Shown here one piece after another: positions 21,507 to 31,220 of a stretch of 64,000 bases of DNA. The notes beneath the pieces are model-generated. The model ran no database searches and was not told the DNA's origin. It worked only from the letters and a program-made list of their open reading frames with translations. The translations under genes were made by a program, and so were the position numbers. The DNA is from Vulcanimicrobiota bacterium (lineage in GTDB: Bacteria > Vulcanimicrobiota > Vulcanimicrobiia > Eremiobacterales > Eremiobacteraceae): contig CAWDVP010000001.1 of NCBI GenBank assembly GCA_963805945.1, forward strand, positions 320,001-384,000, read 5' to 3'. How positions within the stretch are numbered: the first letter of the stretch is position 1; every line of letters begins with the position of its first letter.

Positions 21507-21788
21507 TTAGTCGCGGATGAGGAGGGCGCGCAGCACGTCATCGTGCAGACGCAGCTGGCGGATCGCTTCTTTCGCGCAATCCGACGAGCCGTCGAACTTC
21601 ATGCAGATGTAGTGCCCTTCACGCTGCTTCTTGATTTCGTAGGCCAGCCGTCTCTTGCCCATGGGCTCGATGGCGATGTCGGCGGCTCCGTTCGTCTTCA
21701 CGACGTCGGAGAAATGCGTCGACAGCTCGACGACCTGTGGGTCCTCGAGCCCAGGACGAAGGATATACGTGATCTCATAGAGCGACAC
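21507..21788 (-). CDS. rpsF: 30S ribosomal protein S6
   Basis: YEITYILRP, GKRRLAYEIKKQREGHY; rpsF-ssb-rpsR synteny. Confidence 0.97.
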   Translation of the reverse strand: MSLYEITYILRPGLEDPQVVELSTHFSDVVKTNGAADIAIEPMGKRRLAYEIKKQREGHYICMKFDGSSDCAKEAIRQLRLHDDVLRALLIRD

Positions 21789-21799
21789 AGTCCGTGCGC

Positions 21800-21870
21800 T
21801 GCCTCCCCATGGGCGTAGGCTTGTCCAGACGACCGCGCAAGGCGCGATCCGGGCGAGCAGGAAGGAAAGA
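21800..21870 (-). promoter_or_regulatory. Candidate S6:S18-binding leader RNA
   Basis: On the mRNA, CCUUCCU can pair with the SD GGGAGG, enclosing a long imperfect hairpin and a C-rich internal loop. Confidence 0.45.
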
Positions 21871-21910
21871 TGCTGGGTAGCGGACTACCCCGGCAAGCCC
21901 TGGCAGTATA

Positions 21911-22987
21911 TCACACGGTTTGGAGCGCTGACAAGGCGGAGAGCGACGTTATCAACTGGTGCGGAATCGTGCCCGCGCGGTTGGCCACCTCGTCGACGCG
22001 AACGCCGTCTTCGTCCCCCACCACCAGCGCCTCATCGCCCGGCTGCACGGTGACCCCGTAAGGCACTTTGACCATGGTGAAGTTCATGCCGATCGCCCCG
22101 ACGATCGGGCATCGCTCGCCCTGGATCCGCACCAGTCCGCCACCCGAAAGAGCCCGCGGCAGGCCGTCCGCATAGCCGATGCGCAGCGTCGCGATCGCCT
22201 CGCCCGGCTTGGCCAGGCTCAATCCGCCGTAGCCCAGCGAGGTGGCCTGCTCGAACTGTTTCGTGTACAGCACGCTCGCGCGCAGCGTGAGCGCGGTCTT
22301 GAGCGAGAGGCCGGGCGACGAACCGCCGGGCGTCGCGCCGTAGAGTCCGACGCCGATGCGCGCCGCATTGCCGCCGACGCCCCACAGCGCGGGAGCGGTC
22401 GCGGCGATGTGCTCGAGCGGCAGCGGCAAGCCGACGCGGCGCATCGCGTCGAGCGCGGTGTTGAACTGGTCCACCTGTGAGGGCATCTGCTCGCGCCCAG
22501 CGATGTGCGTCCATGCGCCTTCCCAGGTGATGCCGGGCAGCGTCCGCACCGCGGCGGCGAAGGCCGGGCCGCGATGCGCGTTGATGCCGCTCCAGCCGGT
22601 GCCGGTTTCAATGGCGACGTGCGCAATCGCCTGTTTTCCGAGCCGCTGCGCGATCTTCGAGAGCTCCTTCGCCCCGCGCGGGTCTTCGATGGTGGTGATC
22701 ACGCCGAGCGTCACCGCGTCTTCCATCTCTTTGAGCGGGGTCGCCCAGATGTGCACGATCGGCACCTTGATGCCGGCCTCGCGCAGCGCGCGCGCCTCGC
22801 TCATGTCCACGACGCACAACCGTTCGGCGCCGGCCTCGACGCAGGCGTGGGCGACGCGCTCGAGACCCATGCCGTACGCGTTGGACTTCACCACCGGCCA
22901 CAGCACCCGATCCGCGAGAAAGCCGATCCACGCGCCGACGTTATGCCGGACCGCGGCAAGGTCGAGCGTCAAGCGCGGCGCCCTCAA
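21911..22987 (-). CDS. alr: Alanine racemase-family protein (divergent)
   Basis: TTG start overlaps dtd stop. [19 protein letters not shown] (PLP Lys), [18 protein letters not shown]. Confidence 0.8.
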   Translation of the reverse strand: MRAPRLTLDLAAVRHNVGAWIGFLADRVLWPVVKSNAYGMGLERVAHACVEAGAERLCVVDMSEARALREAGIKVPIVHIWATPLKEMEDAVTLGVITTIEDPRGAKELSKIAQRLGKQAIAHVAIETGTGWSGINAHRGPAFAAAVRTLPGITWEGAWTHIAGREQMPSQVDQFNTALDAMRRVGLPLPLEHIAATAPALWGVGGNAARIGVGLYGATPGGSSPGLSLKTALTLRASVLYTKQFEQATSLGYGGLSLAKPGEAIATLRIGYADGLPRALSGGGLVRIQGERCPIVGAIGMNFTMVKVPYGVTVQPGDEALVVGDEDGVRVDEVANRAGTIPHQLITSLSALSALQTV

Positions 22988-23433
22988 AACATCTTCCTTG
23001 AGTCGAGCAGGATGGTCACCGGACCTTCGTTGACCAGCTGCACGCGCATCGTCGCGCCGAACACGCCGGTGGCGACGGTGAGCCCCTCGCGCCGCAGCAG
23101 CGTCACCACGCGCTCGAAGAGCGGCTTCGCGGTCTCGCCGGGCGCCGCATCTATAAAGGAAGGCCGGCGTCCCTTGCGCGCGTCGCCGTGCAAGGTGAAC
23201 TGCGACACCGCCAGCACCGCGCCGCCGACGTCGGCGAGACTGCGATTCATATCGCCCGCATCGTCGTTGAAGATGCGCAGGCCGGCGATCTTGCCCGCCA
23301 TGAAGGTCGCGTCGTCCTCGCCGTCGTCGCGCGCCACGCCGACGAGCGCGAGAAACCCGACGCCGATCTCGCCGACCACGCCGCCGTCGACCTCGACCGA
23401 TGCGTGGCTGACACGTTGGACGACGGCCCGCAT
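22984..23433 (-). CDS. dtd: D-aminoacyl-tRNA deacylase
   Basis: [27 protein letters not shown]. Confidence 0.97.
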   Translation of the reverse strand: MRAVVQRVSHASVEVDGGVVGEIGVGFLALVGVARDDGEDDATFMAGKIAGLRIFNDDAGDMNRSLADVGGAVLAVSQFTLHGDARKGRRPSFIDAAPGETAKPLFERVVTLLRREGLTVATGVFGATMRVQLVNEGPVTILLDSRKMF

Positions 23434-23445
23434 GTGCGCGGCCGC

Positions 23446-25621
23446 CTAGCGGTCGCCGGCTTGGGCTTCGCGCTTGGTCACGCGGTACGCGGTTCTCACG
23501 TCGCGCACGCGGTTGAGCTTGGCGAGCAGCTTGCTCAGATGGTCGAGATCGCGGATCTCGAGGCTGCATGAGATGCTCGCGCTGCCGTCGCGCTTCGTGC
23601 GCGCGGTGACCGAGGTCGCGTTGGTCTTGTGCTCGGAGAGGATCGACATGACGTCCTGCAGCAGGCCGGCGCGGTCCACCGCTTCGATCTCGACGTCGAC
23701 GATGTGCGCATCGGCCGGCGACACGTCCCAGGCGACGTCGATGAGGCGATCGGGCTGCGCGCCGAGCTGGCCGGCGTTCGGACACTCCACCCGATGGACT
23801 GAGACGCCTTTGCCTTGCGTGATGAAGCCGAGGATCGCGTCGCCCGGCACCGGCCGGCAGCACTTGGCGAAGCGCACCATGACGCCGCCCATGCCGCGGA
23901 CCTTGATGCTCGAACTGGCGCGGCGCGCTGGTCTTGCGCACGCCGACCGCTTGGCGCTCGAGCGGCAGCGGCACGACGTTGCGCTTCTTGGCCTCTTCGC
24001 GCGCACGCGCGACGATCGAGCCCAGCGACGCATCGCCGAAGCCCACCGCGGCGTACATGTCGTCGAGGCCGGCGTAGTTGAGCTTGGCGGCGCACGCCTC
24101 CAGGAACTGCGGTGTCGCAACCCCTTGCAGCTGCTGGCGGACGAGCTCCGCGGTGAGGATGTCGCGCCCCGCGACGATGTTCTCCTCGCGCTTGTTCTTG
24201 CGGAACCACTGCTTGATCTTATGCTTGGCGCTCGAGGTGCGGCAGATCGACAGCCAGTCGAGCGATGGGCCGGGGCTGCTCTTGTTGACGAGCGCCTCGC
24301 AGATGTCGCCGGTCTGCAGGTCGTAGGTGAGCGGCACGATCCGGCCGTTGACCTTCGCGCCGACGCAGTGGTGGCCGACGCCGGTGTGGACGTGGTAGGC
24401 GAAGTCGAGCGGCGTGGCGCCGGCGGGCAGGCCCATGACGTCGCCCTTAGGCGTGAAGACGAAGACCTGGTTGGCGAACAGATCGACCTTGAGGCGTTCG
24501 ATGAACTCGGCGCTGTCGTGCGTGTCTTCTTGCCATTCGAGCAGCGAGCGCAGCCACGCCAGCTTCTCGTCGAAGTCGTCCTGCGCGCCGCCTTCTTTAT
24601 AACGCCAGTGCGCGGCGATGCCGTACTCGCTCGTGCGGTGCATCTCCCAGGTGCGGATCTGGATCTCGATCGGGTCGCCGCCGGGACCGATGACGGTGGT
24701 GTGAATGGACTGGTAGCCGTTGGTCTTGGGCATCGCGATGTAGTCTTTGAAGCGGCCCGGCAGCGGCGTCCAGATGCTGTGCACGATGCCGACCGCGCCG
24801 TAGCAGTCCTTCACGTTCTCCACGATGATGCGGATCGCGGTGAGGTCGTAGATCTCGGAGAAGTCGCGGCCGTCCTCGAGCTTTTGGAAGATCGAATAGA
24901 AGTGCTTGGGCCGGCCGGAGATGTCGGCTTTGATGCCGGCGGCCGCGAAGCGCGAGCGCACGTCGGCGATGACGTTCTCGACCGCGTCTTCGCGATCGCC
25001 GCGCCGGGTGGCGACGAGATCGGCGATCTCTTGGAATGCGGTCGGGTTGAGGTAGCGCAGGGACAGGTCTTCGAGATCCCACTTGATGCGGTAGATGCCA
25101 AGGCGATGCGCGAGCGGCGCGTAGATCTCAAGCGTCTCCTCGGCGATCATCTTCTGCTTGGCCGGGGTGAGGCTGTCGAGCGTGCGCAAGTTGTGGAGGC
25201 GATCGGCGAGCTTGATGATGATGACGCGGATGTCTTTGGCCATCGCCAAGAACATCTTGCGCAGGTTCTCGACCTTGACGTCTTCTTTGGTCTGGTAGGG
25301 GATCTTGGTGAGCTTGGTGAGCGCGTCCACCAGCGTCGCGATCTCGGCGCCGAAGCGGCGCTCGATCTCTTCGAGCGGCACGGTGGTGTCCTCGACGACG
25401 TCGTGGAGCAGGCTGGCCGCGATGCAGTTCGGGTCCATCTCGAGATCGGCGAGGATGGAGGCGACGGCGAGCGGATGCGAGATGAAGCTGTCGCCACTGG
25501 CGCGGCGTTGGCCGCCGTGGGCCTGGTCGGCAAAGGCATAGACGCCCGCCAGCCACGCCTCGTCGAGGCTCGGGTAGTACTTCTTGACCCGCTTTGTAAG
25601 CTCGGTGATCGTTGTCGCCAT
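23446..25621 (-). CDS. relA: Bifunctional (p)ppGpp synthetase/hydrolase Rel, frameshifted near 23925
   Basis: HD domain LLHDVVEDT, RFKDYIAMPKTNGYQSIHT, TGS domain. AKCCRPVPGD and ACT domain continue in ORF 23446..24120. Confidence 0.95.
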
Positions 25622-25694
25622 GTGGATATCTATATTCTACAGGGACCAATGCCCGGGACGCAAGCGGGCGAGACGCCGCTTGGCCCGGGCCGGG

Positions 25695-25720
25695 ATGGAG
25701 CGGTCGAATTTATTCGACCG
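25695..25720 (+). repeat. REP-like palindrome family A copy
   Basis: ATGGAGCGGTCGAATTTATTCGACCG, intergenic between the RimJ-like gene and relA. Confidence 0.9.
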
Positions 25721-25729
25721 ACTCGACCG

Positions 25730-26284
25730 TCATGGCTCCCGCCAGGCGTCGTTGGTCTTGGCCGTCATGACGTGGTCCTGCCAGGCGCCGTTGATGAACA
25801 GGTAGCCTTTGGCGGTGCCCTCGATCTTGAAGCCGAGCCGCTCGAGCAGGGCGGCGCTGCGCCGGTTGGAGGGCTGGTAGTTGGCCATGATGCGGTGCAG
25901 GTTGAGCTCGTCGAAGGCGTAGCCGATGAGCGCTTGGAGCGCCTCGTACATCAGGCCGCGGCCCTCGTGGCTCTCGGAGATGGTGTAGCCGAGGAAGCAC
26001 GCCTGGAAGACGCCGCGTATGATCGCCGACAGATTGGCCGCGCCGACGATGGTGCGGTCGTCGTGCTCGAAGAGAAAGGTCCGCACGGACAGCCCCGCGT
26101 CGTACTCCTGCTTGATGCGGTCGATCTGCAGCCGCCAATAGGCTTCGTCGAGCATCTCGAGCGAGGGCGGCGAATATTGGCGCATGTGCGTCGCGTCGGC
26201 GGTGTAGTACGCGGCGATCGCCTCGGCGTCGCCGGGTCGAGCGAGCCGGATGATGAGGCGATCGGTGCGCAGCGCGGGGTTCAT
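25730..26284 (-). CDS. RimJ/RimL family GNAT acetyltransferase
   Basis: LRTDRLIIR, RGVFQACFLGY, LHRIMANYQPSNRRS, INGAWQDH. Confidence 0.9.
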   Translation of the reverse strand: MNPALRTDRLIIRLARPGDAEAIAAYYTADATHMRQYSPPSLEMLDEAYWRLQIDRIKQEYDAGLSVRTFLFEHDDRTIVGAANLSAIIRGVFQACFLGYTISESHEGRGLMYEALQALIGYAFDELNLHRIMANYQPSNRRSAALLERLGFKIEGTAKGYLFINGAWQDHVMTAKTNDAWREP

Positions 26285-26301
26285 GTCGCGCGTTTCTTCT
26301 T

Positions 26302-26823
26302 CTAGTACGCGATGAACGCTTTGACGTCGACGCCGGGGAGTTTGGCTCGCCCGTGCAGCGCGTCGAGTTCGACGAGGAACGCGAAGCTCACGATCGTGCC
26401 GCCGAGCTTTTCGACCAGTTCGCGCACCGCGGCTGCGGTGCCGCCGGTGGCGAGCAGGTCGTCGACGACGAGCACTCGCTGCCCGCCCTCAACTGCGTCC
26501 TTGTGCATCTCAAGCGTGTTGGTGCCGTACTCGAGCGCGTAATCGACGCTGATCTTATCGTACGGCAGCTTGCCCGGTTTGCGAACGGGCACGAAGCCTG
26601 CGCCGAGTTTGTAGGCGAGCGGCGCGCCGAGGATGTAGCCGCGCGCCTCGATGCCGATGACGACGTCGATGCGTTCTTTCTGATACGGCTGCGCCATGAG
26701 GTCGATCACCGCCGCGAGGCTTTTCGCGTCTTGCAGCACTGGCGTGATGTCGCGGAAGAGGATGCCGGGGATCGGAAAATCCGGAATCGACCGGATCTTT
26801 GCCTTGATGTCGGTTGCGTTCAT
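26302..26823 (-). CDS. apt: Adenine phosphoribosyltransferase
   Basis: IPDFPIPGILFRDITP, RKPGKLP, YALEYG, VDDLLATGGT. Confidence 0.97.
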   Translation of the reverse strand: MNATDIKAKIRSIPDFPIPGILFRDITPVLQDAKSLAAVIDLMAQPYQKERIDVVIGIEARGYILGAPLAYKLGAGFVPVRKPGKLPYDKISVDYALEYGTNTLEMHKDAVEGGQRVLVVDDLLATGGTAAAVRELVEKLGGTIVSFAFLVELDALHGRAKLPGVDVKAFIAY

Positions 26824-26858
26824 GGCCCAGGCGTTCTCCGCGTAGGCGGGCCCGTCAT

Positions 26859-27296
26859 TCAAGCGCCATGGCGGCGGGCGCATAGCTCGAGCTTGGTGCC
26901 AGCCGGGTCCTCGAAGAAGATCGCGGGATATTCTTCCATCGACTCGGAGGGCTGGATATTGCGTGCGCCTATCTCCGCGAGTTGCGCGGTCCACTGTTCG
27001 ACCGCGAGGGGCGCGGCGACCCGAAACGCGATCCGCGTGAGCGAGGGCTGCATCGCCGCATCCTCGATGAAGCCGATGAAGAAGGTCGGGCGATCCGGCT
27101 GTTTCGCCTCGTAGTACTCGACCGCGTTGTAGGATCCGTCCGCCTTCACGTCCCTCCATTCGCCCTGCGCGTCGACGAAGGCGTGGTGCTTTCGCGCCAG
27201 CCCAAGCAGCGGCATCAATTGGTCATAGAAAGGCTCTACCACGGCAACACTGCTGACGCGCGCGTCGATATGGTCGAAGCCGAGGAAGGCAGGCAT
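26859..27296 (-). CDS. VOC/glyoxalase-like protein
   Basis: FDHIDARV...FYD, RIAF, YPAIFFEDPAGTKLELC. Confidence 0.8.
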   Translation of the reverse strand: MPAFLGFDHIDARVSSVAVVEPFYDQLMPLLGLARKHHAFVDAQGEWRDVKADGSYNAVEYYEAKQPDRPTFFIGFIEDAAMQPSLTRIAFRVAAPLAVEQWTAQLAEIGARNIQPSESMEEYPAIFFEDPAGTKLELCARRHGA

Positions 27297-27416
27297 GCCG
27301 GCGGCGCTTCGGGCCGCGTGCGTGCGGCCCCTAGAACCGGACAACGTGATCATGGCTTGACGCCCGGCCTGGGACGGTGTCGCCGCGCGAGTGGCCCCAA
27401 CGCGGCGACAACTCCC

Positions 27417-27445
27417 TTGCCAATTCTTACGGCGAGTTGTATGAT
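27417..27445 (+). promoter_or_regulatory. Sigma70-type promoter TTGCCA-N17-TATGAT
   Basis: Near-consensus hexamers with 17-bp spacer in the divergent intergenic region. Confidence 0.55.
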
Positions 27446-27476
27446 GATTCGGGTGACGGCCCCCGTTGGTAACCAG

Positions 27477-27507
27477 AGAGCCCGCAAGTGCGGGCTCTTC
27501 GCATTTT
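27477..27507 (+). terminator. Strong GC hairpin AGAGCCCGC-AAGT-GCGGGCTCT followed by a weak T tract
   Basis: Perfect 9-bp stem between the promoter and the protease gene. Confidence 0.5.
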
Positions 27508-27584
27508 CCCTCCAGGACTAGACCGCACTCTTCGCACGCGGGATGAAGACCTCCGCAACGCTATCTTCACGGAGGTCGCTTGGT

Positions 27585-28865
27585 ATGGATGTCACCGCTA
27601 CCACCGGCGTGTCGCCGACTCTCAATCGCGTGGTGTTCGGCGTGTATCGCGACGGCGACAACAACCTCGACGCGGTCCAAGAGCGCAACGTTACCGATTT
27701 CGTGCATGAGACTCGCCAGGACCGCGCGCTCAAAGTGGTCGCTGAGGACACGACGGGTGTGCCGCATGCCCCCTTCCGCAAAGGAGACGTTCGTACGGAG
27801 TGGTCGGTGATCGAGGGCGGCAAGCAGCACGTCGTGCGCATCGAATCGGCGAGGGATATGAGCAGCCGTGGCACGCTTGCGGCCTTCGTCACGCGCACCC
27901 TGGAAGAGCGCGCCTCCGATCCGAGCTTCAGAGGCGCAGACGTGTGGCTCGATCTGGTCGATCACGGCGCCGGCGACGGCGGCGGGCTGGAAAGCGATTC
28001 CAACGGCGGCGCATGCATGCCGATGGAAGATATCGCCGGAGCGATCGCGGACGGCCGCAAGCAGTTCCTCCAGAAACATCCCGGTGCAGATGGTTCGATC
28101 TCCGGGGTCGTCGCCAATCAATGCCTTATGGCGACGCTCGGCTTCGCCGATGCGCTGTCACGCAGCGGCGTACGCTACCTTGCGGCGTCCCCCGAGACGA
28201 TGATCGCCCCCGGTGCTCCGTCTGCCAATATCGCGCACGCGCTCACTCAAGGGGGCGATTGGCCGGCGCAGGTGGTCGACGCGACGATGCGCGCTCGCTA
28301 CGGGCCAAGCGGCGACTCATATCATCCCGCCGCAGCCTTCGATGTCTTCGACCTCGACCCGGGCAAGGTCGCGACGATGCGGACGGCGGTGACAAGATTC
28401 AACGACTCGGTGGTCGGGCTTCGCGGCGCCGACAATGGCGCCGAGCTGTTGCGAGACGTTCGTTCCGATATCCGCTCGACGCCCGGTATGGCGCGCTTCG
28501 ATCATAGCGCCGACATGGTGTATCACGCGGATCGCCCAGTTGAGGCCGTCTACGCGAAGATCGCGTCCGACGGACGTCTACCGGGATCGGTGCGGGATGC
28601 GGCTTCGAAGGCACGGAGCGCGGTCGGTGCTCTTGTGCTGGCTCATGCCGAATCCGATTGGTGCGAGCCTTTGCATGCGTCGTACGCGGACGCGGCGGGG
28701 CCTACCGCGCATCTGCCACTGAATCCGGGTCAGTACGATCCTTGGGTGGCCGGCGGTGTCACCGAAACACGCAACGATTTCTTCCGTGCGGTGCACGGCC
28801 CCGAGCTCGCCCGTGCATTGGGGGCGTATAGCGCTGCGGATGCCCGTGCGGTGATGGTCGCCTGA
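27585..28865 (+). CDS. Clostripain-like (C11, clan CD) cysteine peptidase
   Basis: SD GGAGGT before ATG 27585. DGDNNL, LDLVDHGAG (His-Gly), ANQCLMA (catalytic Cys), YLAASPE match the C11 motif order. Confidence 0.72.
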   Translation: MDVTATTGVSPTLNRVVFGVYRDGDNNLDAVQERNVTDFVHETRQDRALKVVAEDTTGVPHAPFRKGDVRTEWSVIEGGKQHVVRIESARDMSSRGTLAAFVTRTLEERASDPSFRGADVWLDLVDHGAGDGGGLESDSNGGACMPMEDIAGAIADGRKQFLQKHPGADGSISGVVANQCLMATLGFADALSRSGVRYLAASPETMIAPGAPSANIAHALTQGGDWPAQVVDATMRARYGPSGDSYHPAAAFDVFDLDPGKVATMRTAVTRFNDSVVGLRGADNGAELLRDVRSDIRSTPGMARFDHSADMVYHADRPVEAVYAKIASDGRLPGSVRDAASKARSAVGALVLAHAESDWCEPLHASYADAAGPTAHLPLNPGQYDPWVAGGVTETRNDFFRAVHGPELARALGAYSAADARAVMVA

Positions 28866-28897
28866 TCTATTTCGATAATTGACAGGAGAGTTCAGAG

Positions 28898-28922
28898 TGT
28901 ATGTACAATGTTTGTACATACA
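28898..28922. promoter_or_regulatory. Operator-like 11-bp inverted repeat TGTATGTACAA-N3-TTGTACATACA over the TA promoter
   Basis: Perfect inverted repeat overlapping TACAAT (28904-28909), with TTGACA at 28879-28884. Confidence 0.75.
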
Positions 28923-28924
28923 TT

Positions 28925-29236
28925 ATGGCGAGACGACGGAAGAGCACCATGGCACACCAGCACAGTCAGTCAAGGACGAATAGCGTAACTTTTCGCATTC
29001 GGCCCAGCGATAAGAACTTGCTTGAAGAGGCTGCGGCGCGGACGGGTTCGGATATGACGAGCTTCGTGTTGGGGACCGCGCTGCAGCGCGCTAAGGAAAT
29101 CGCTGAGCGGGAAGACGTCACGGTGCTCACCGGCGCCGCGCGCGAGCGCTTCATCGCGCTGCTGCGAAACCCGCCGGCGCCGTCGAGACGATTCATCGAA
29201 AACATGCGTGACCGGCGACATCGGGTCGTCGACTAG
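28925..29236 (+). CDS. DUF1778 ribbon-helix-helix antitoxin (TacA/AtaR-like)
   Basis: VTFRIRPSDKNLLEEAAARTGSDMTSFVL...ERFIALLRNPPAP. Start is 28925 or 28949. Confidence 0.88.
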   Translation: MARRRKSTMAHQHSQSRTNSVTFRIRPSDKNLLEEAAARTGSDMTSFVLGTALQRAKEIAEREDVTVLTGAARERFIALLRNPPAPSRRFIENMRDRRHRVVD

Positions 29237-29764
29237 TTGCGGCTTCGCCTTGAGCCGCTCGGCTCACAACACGACCGGGCGGCTTTCTCATGCGGCCAAC
29301 CGAGCGTCGATGAGTTCCTGAAGCGATCCGCGGGCCAGCGACAACGGCGCAGAATCGCCAACACCATGGTCGCCGTCGATCCTGGTGGAGATCCGACGCG
29401 TGTCGTCGGTTTCTACACCCTGGTCCCCCACGAGTTCCGTGGGGAAGAACTTCCCGACGTGTATCGCAAGCGCAGCCGCATCGGCTCTCTACGCGCCGTG
29501 CCGGGCGCCCTCTTGGCCCAATTGGGCGTCAGCCTCGTATATCACGGCCAAGGCATCGGCAAGACGCTTGTGGCACACGCCCTCACAAGATGTGTGAGCC
29601 TTGCGGAGGGATGGGGATGCGTCGCCGTGGTCGCCGATCCGCTTGATGAACGCGCGGCACGTCTCTATGCTGGTTTTGACTTTGCATCGCTCGGAGACGG
29701 CTCGCGACGTATGATCCTCACGGTGGGGCAGATCATCAACGCGGTCGCGGCCGCGAAGCGATGA
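29237..29764 (+). CDS. GNAT toxin (TacT/AtaT-like)
   Basis: HDRAAFSCGQPSVDEFL, VVGFYTL, LLAQLGV...HGQGIG, AARLYAGFDF; abuts the antitoxin stop codon. Confidence 0.88.
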   Translation: MRLRLEPLGSQHDRAAFSCGQPSVDEFLKRSAGQRQRRRIANTMVAVDPGGDPTRVVGFYTLVPHEFRGEELPDVYRKRSRIGSLRAVPGALLAQLGVSLVYHGQGIGKTLVAHALTRCVSLAEGWGCVAVVADPLDERAARLYAGFDFASLGDGSRRMILTVGQIINAVAAAKR

Positions 29765-29788
29765 CCCCATTGCGGTAAGCGTTCAGTC

Positions 29789-30703
29789 CTAGGGCCTCGT
29801 CACACGGTAGATCACAAACGCGCCCGCCACGCGGACATGATAGTAGAGCGAGCGCTCGTCGGGCGACAACGCGGGTGCCTCGACAACATCGCCGGCCGCC
29901 GCGCTGACCGGCTGCGGGACTCCGAACGGCTCGTCTATGTTCGCGCGACTAGCGCGATAGATCCGCGGCTGGAGACCTCGCAAGCTGGTGAAGAATAGCT
30001 CGAGCCCGCTTTTGGAGATGCAGGGCGCATACACGAGCGTCAGCGCATTGACGTTCTGCATGAGTGCGGCGCTGTTCGGCAGGCGTCTGAACACGTCGCC
30101 TTGTACGCGCCACGCGATCGCGATCTCGGCCGAACGCGGGATCGGGCCGCCGTTGTAGACACCGTCGACGAAGTACAGCGTCGTGCCATCGGGACTGATC
30201 GCGCCATCAAAATTGACGGCGCCGGGCCGATGCTTTGAGACACCCTCCACAAGTCGTACGTCCGAAACACTTCCGTTCGAGAAGTGCCCTACGGAAAGCG
30301 TCGACAGCGTTTCCGAGTAGCTCCGAGTCGAGACGAAATAGAACTCGCCATTTCGATCCATCGATGCCACCGCGGCAACGCTGCCCGGAGCGTTGAGCCC
30401 ACCGATCGTCCCCATGTGCTTGAATGTCACGTCGTCGACCCGCTCGGCGTAGTGCAGTTCCGTCGTCGGAGCCTCATTGGACGAGTTGAAGAACAGGTAG
30501 CGCCCGTCGGGCGAGATGAACGGCTCCATGGCATTCCCTGTGTAGCCTACGATCTTGACCCATTGGGGGTGGCCGAAAGTTGTGTAGGGATCGCCGACTG
30601 GGGCGCGATGGGTGCTACAGGCCACCAGACCGATTGCGACGATCGCTGTAGCGACGCCCAGATATGGATAGCGAGCGCGCCGGCAAATCTCTGCACCGAT
30701 CAT
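29789..30703 (-). CDS. TolB/PD40-like beta-propeller lipoprotein
   Basis: Lipobox LVAC; repeats EPFISPDGRYLFF, ISPDGTTLYF, ISKSGLELFF, LSPDERSLYY. Confidence 0.8.
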   Translation of the reverse strand: MIGAEICRRARYPYLGVATAIVAIGLVACSTHRAPVGDPYTTFGHPQWVKIVGYTGNAMEPFISPDGRYLFFNSSNEAPTTELHYAERVDDVTFKHMGTIGGLNAPGSVAAVASMDRNGEFYFVSTRSYSETLSTLSVGHFSNGSVSDVRLVEGVSKHRPGAVNFDGAISPDGTTLYFVDGVYNGGPIPRSAEIAIAWRVQGDVFRRLPNSAALMQNVNALTLVYAPCISKSGLELFFTSLRGLQPRIYRASRANIDEPFGVPQPVSAAAGDVVEAPALSPDERSLYYHVRVAGAFVIYRVTRP

Positions 30704-30716
30704 CGATCTGCCGTTC

Positions 30717-31205
30717 CTAGAACAACCCGAGGAACTTGATCCGTTCGGCGACGCGCGCCTCGCAACAGCGCTCGTAGAACTCGATCGGGCCAACGCGCGG
30801 GATCACCGCTCTCGCATATCCCAGTTCGTGGATCGAGGCGAGCGCGCGCCGAGCGAGTACGCAGCCGATGCGCTTGCCGCGCATGCTCTCTTCCACCCCC
30901 ATCGGGCCGAAGATGCCGACGTCGGGCTGTTCGAGCCAGCGCCGCAGCCACCAGAATCGGTAGCGTCGCTGCTCGTAGCTCGCGAAGCCCACGGTGTTGC
31001 CCGAAGCATCTTTGGCGAACCAGTTCCAACCCGCAGACGCCTCCTTCTCCCACATCCGGCTGAAATGCCGGTGCAGCCACTCGCGCTCTTCGGCCGTGAT
31101 GCCCTTTCGCTGGACGAGGCTGACGCCGGCTCGTGCCAATATCCCGCTTTCATCATCGGCTAGGGCGGCGCCGCCTGTGAGGTCGGCCACCATGTTGGTC
31201 ACCAT
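30717..31205 (-). CDS. GNAT family N-acetyltransferase
   Basis: FGPMGVEESMRGKRIG, GPIEFYER. Confidence 0.8.
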   Translation of the reverse strand: MVTNMVADLTGGAALADDESGILARAGVSLVQRKGITAEEREWLHRHFSRMWEKEASAGWNWFAKDASGNTVGFASYEQRRYRFWWLRRWLEQPDVGIFGPMGVEESMRGKRIGCVLARRALASIHELGYARAVIPRVGPIEFYERCCEARVAERIKFLGLF

Positions 31206-31220
31206 CGTCGCGGCGTGCGC

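Noticed and set aside
21911..25621. 1236-aa RelA-alanine racemase fusion ORF
   Set aside because: A frameshift near 23925 carries the relA frame out of register through its own ACT domain and dtd into the alr frame; the intervening translation is junk.
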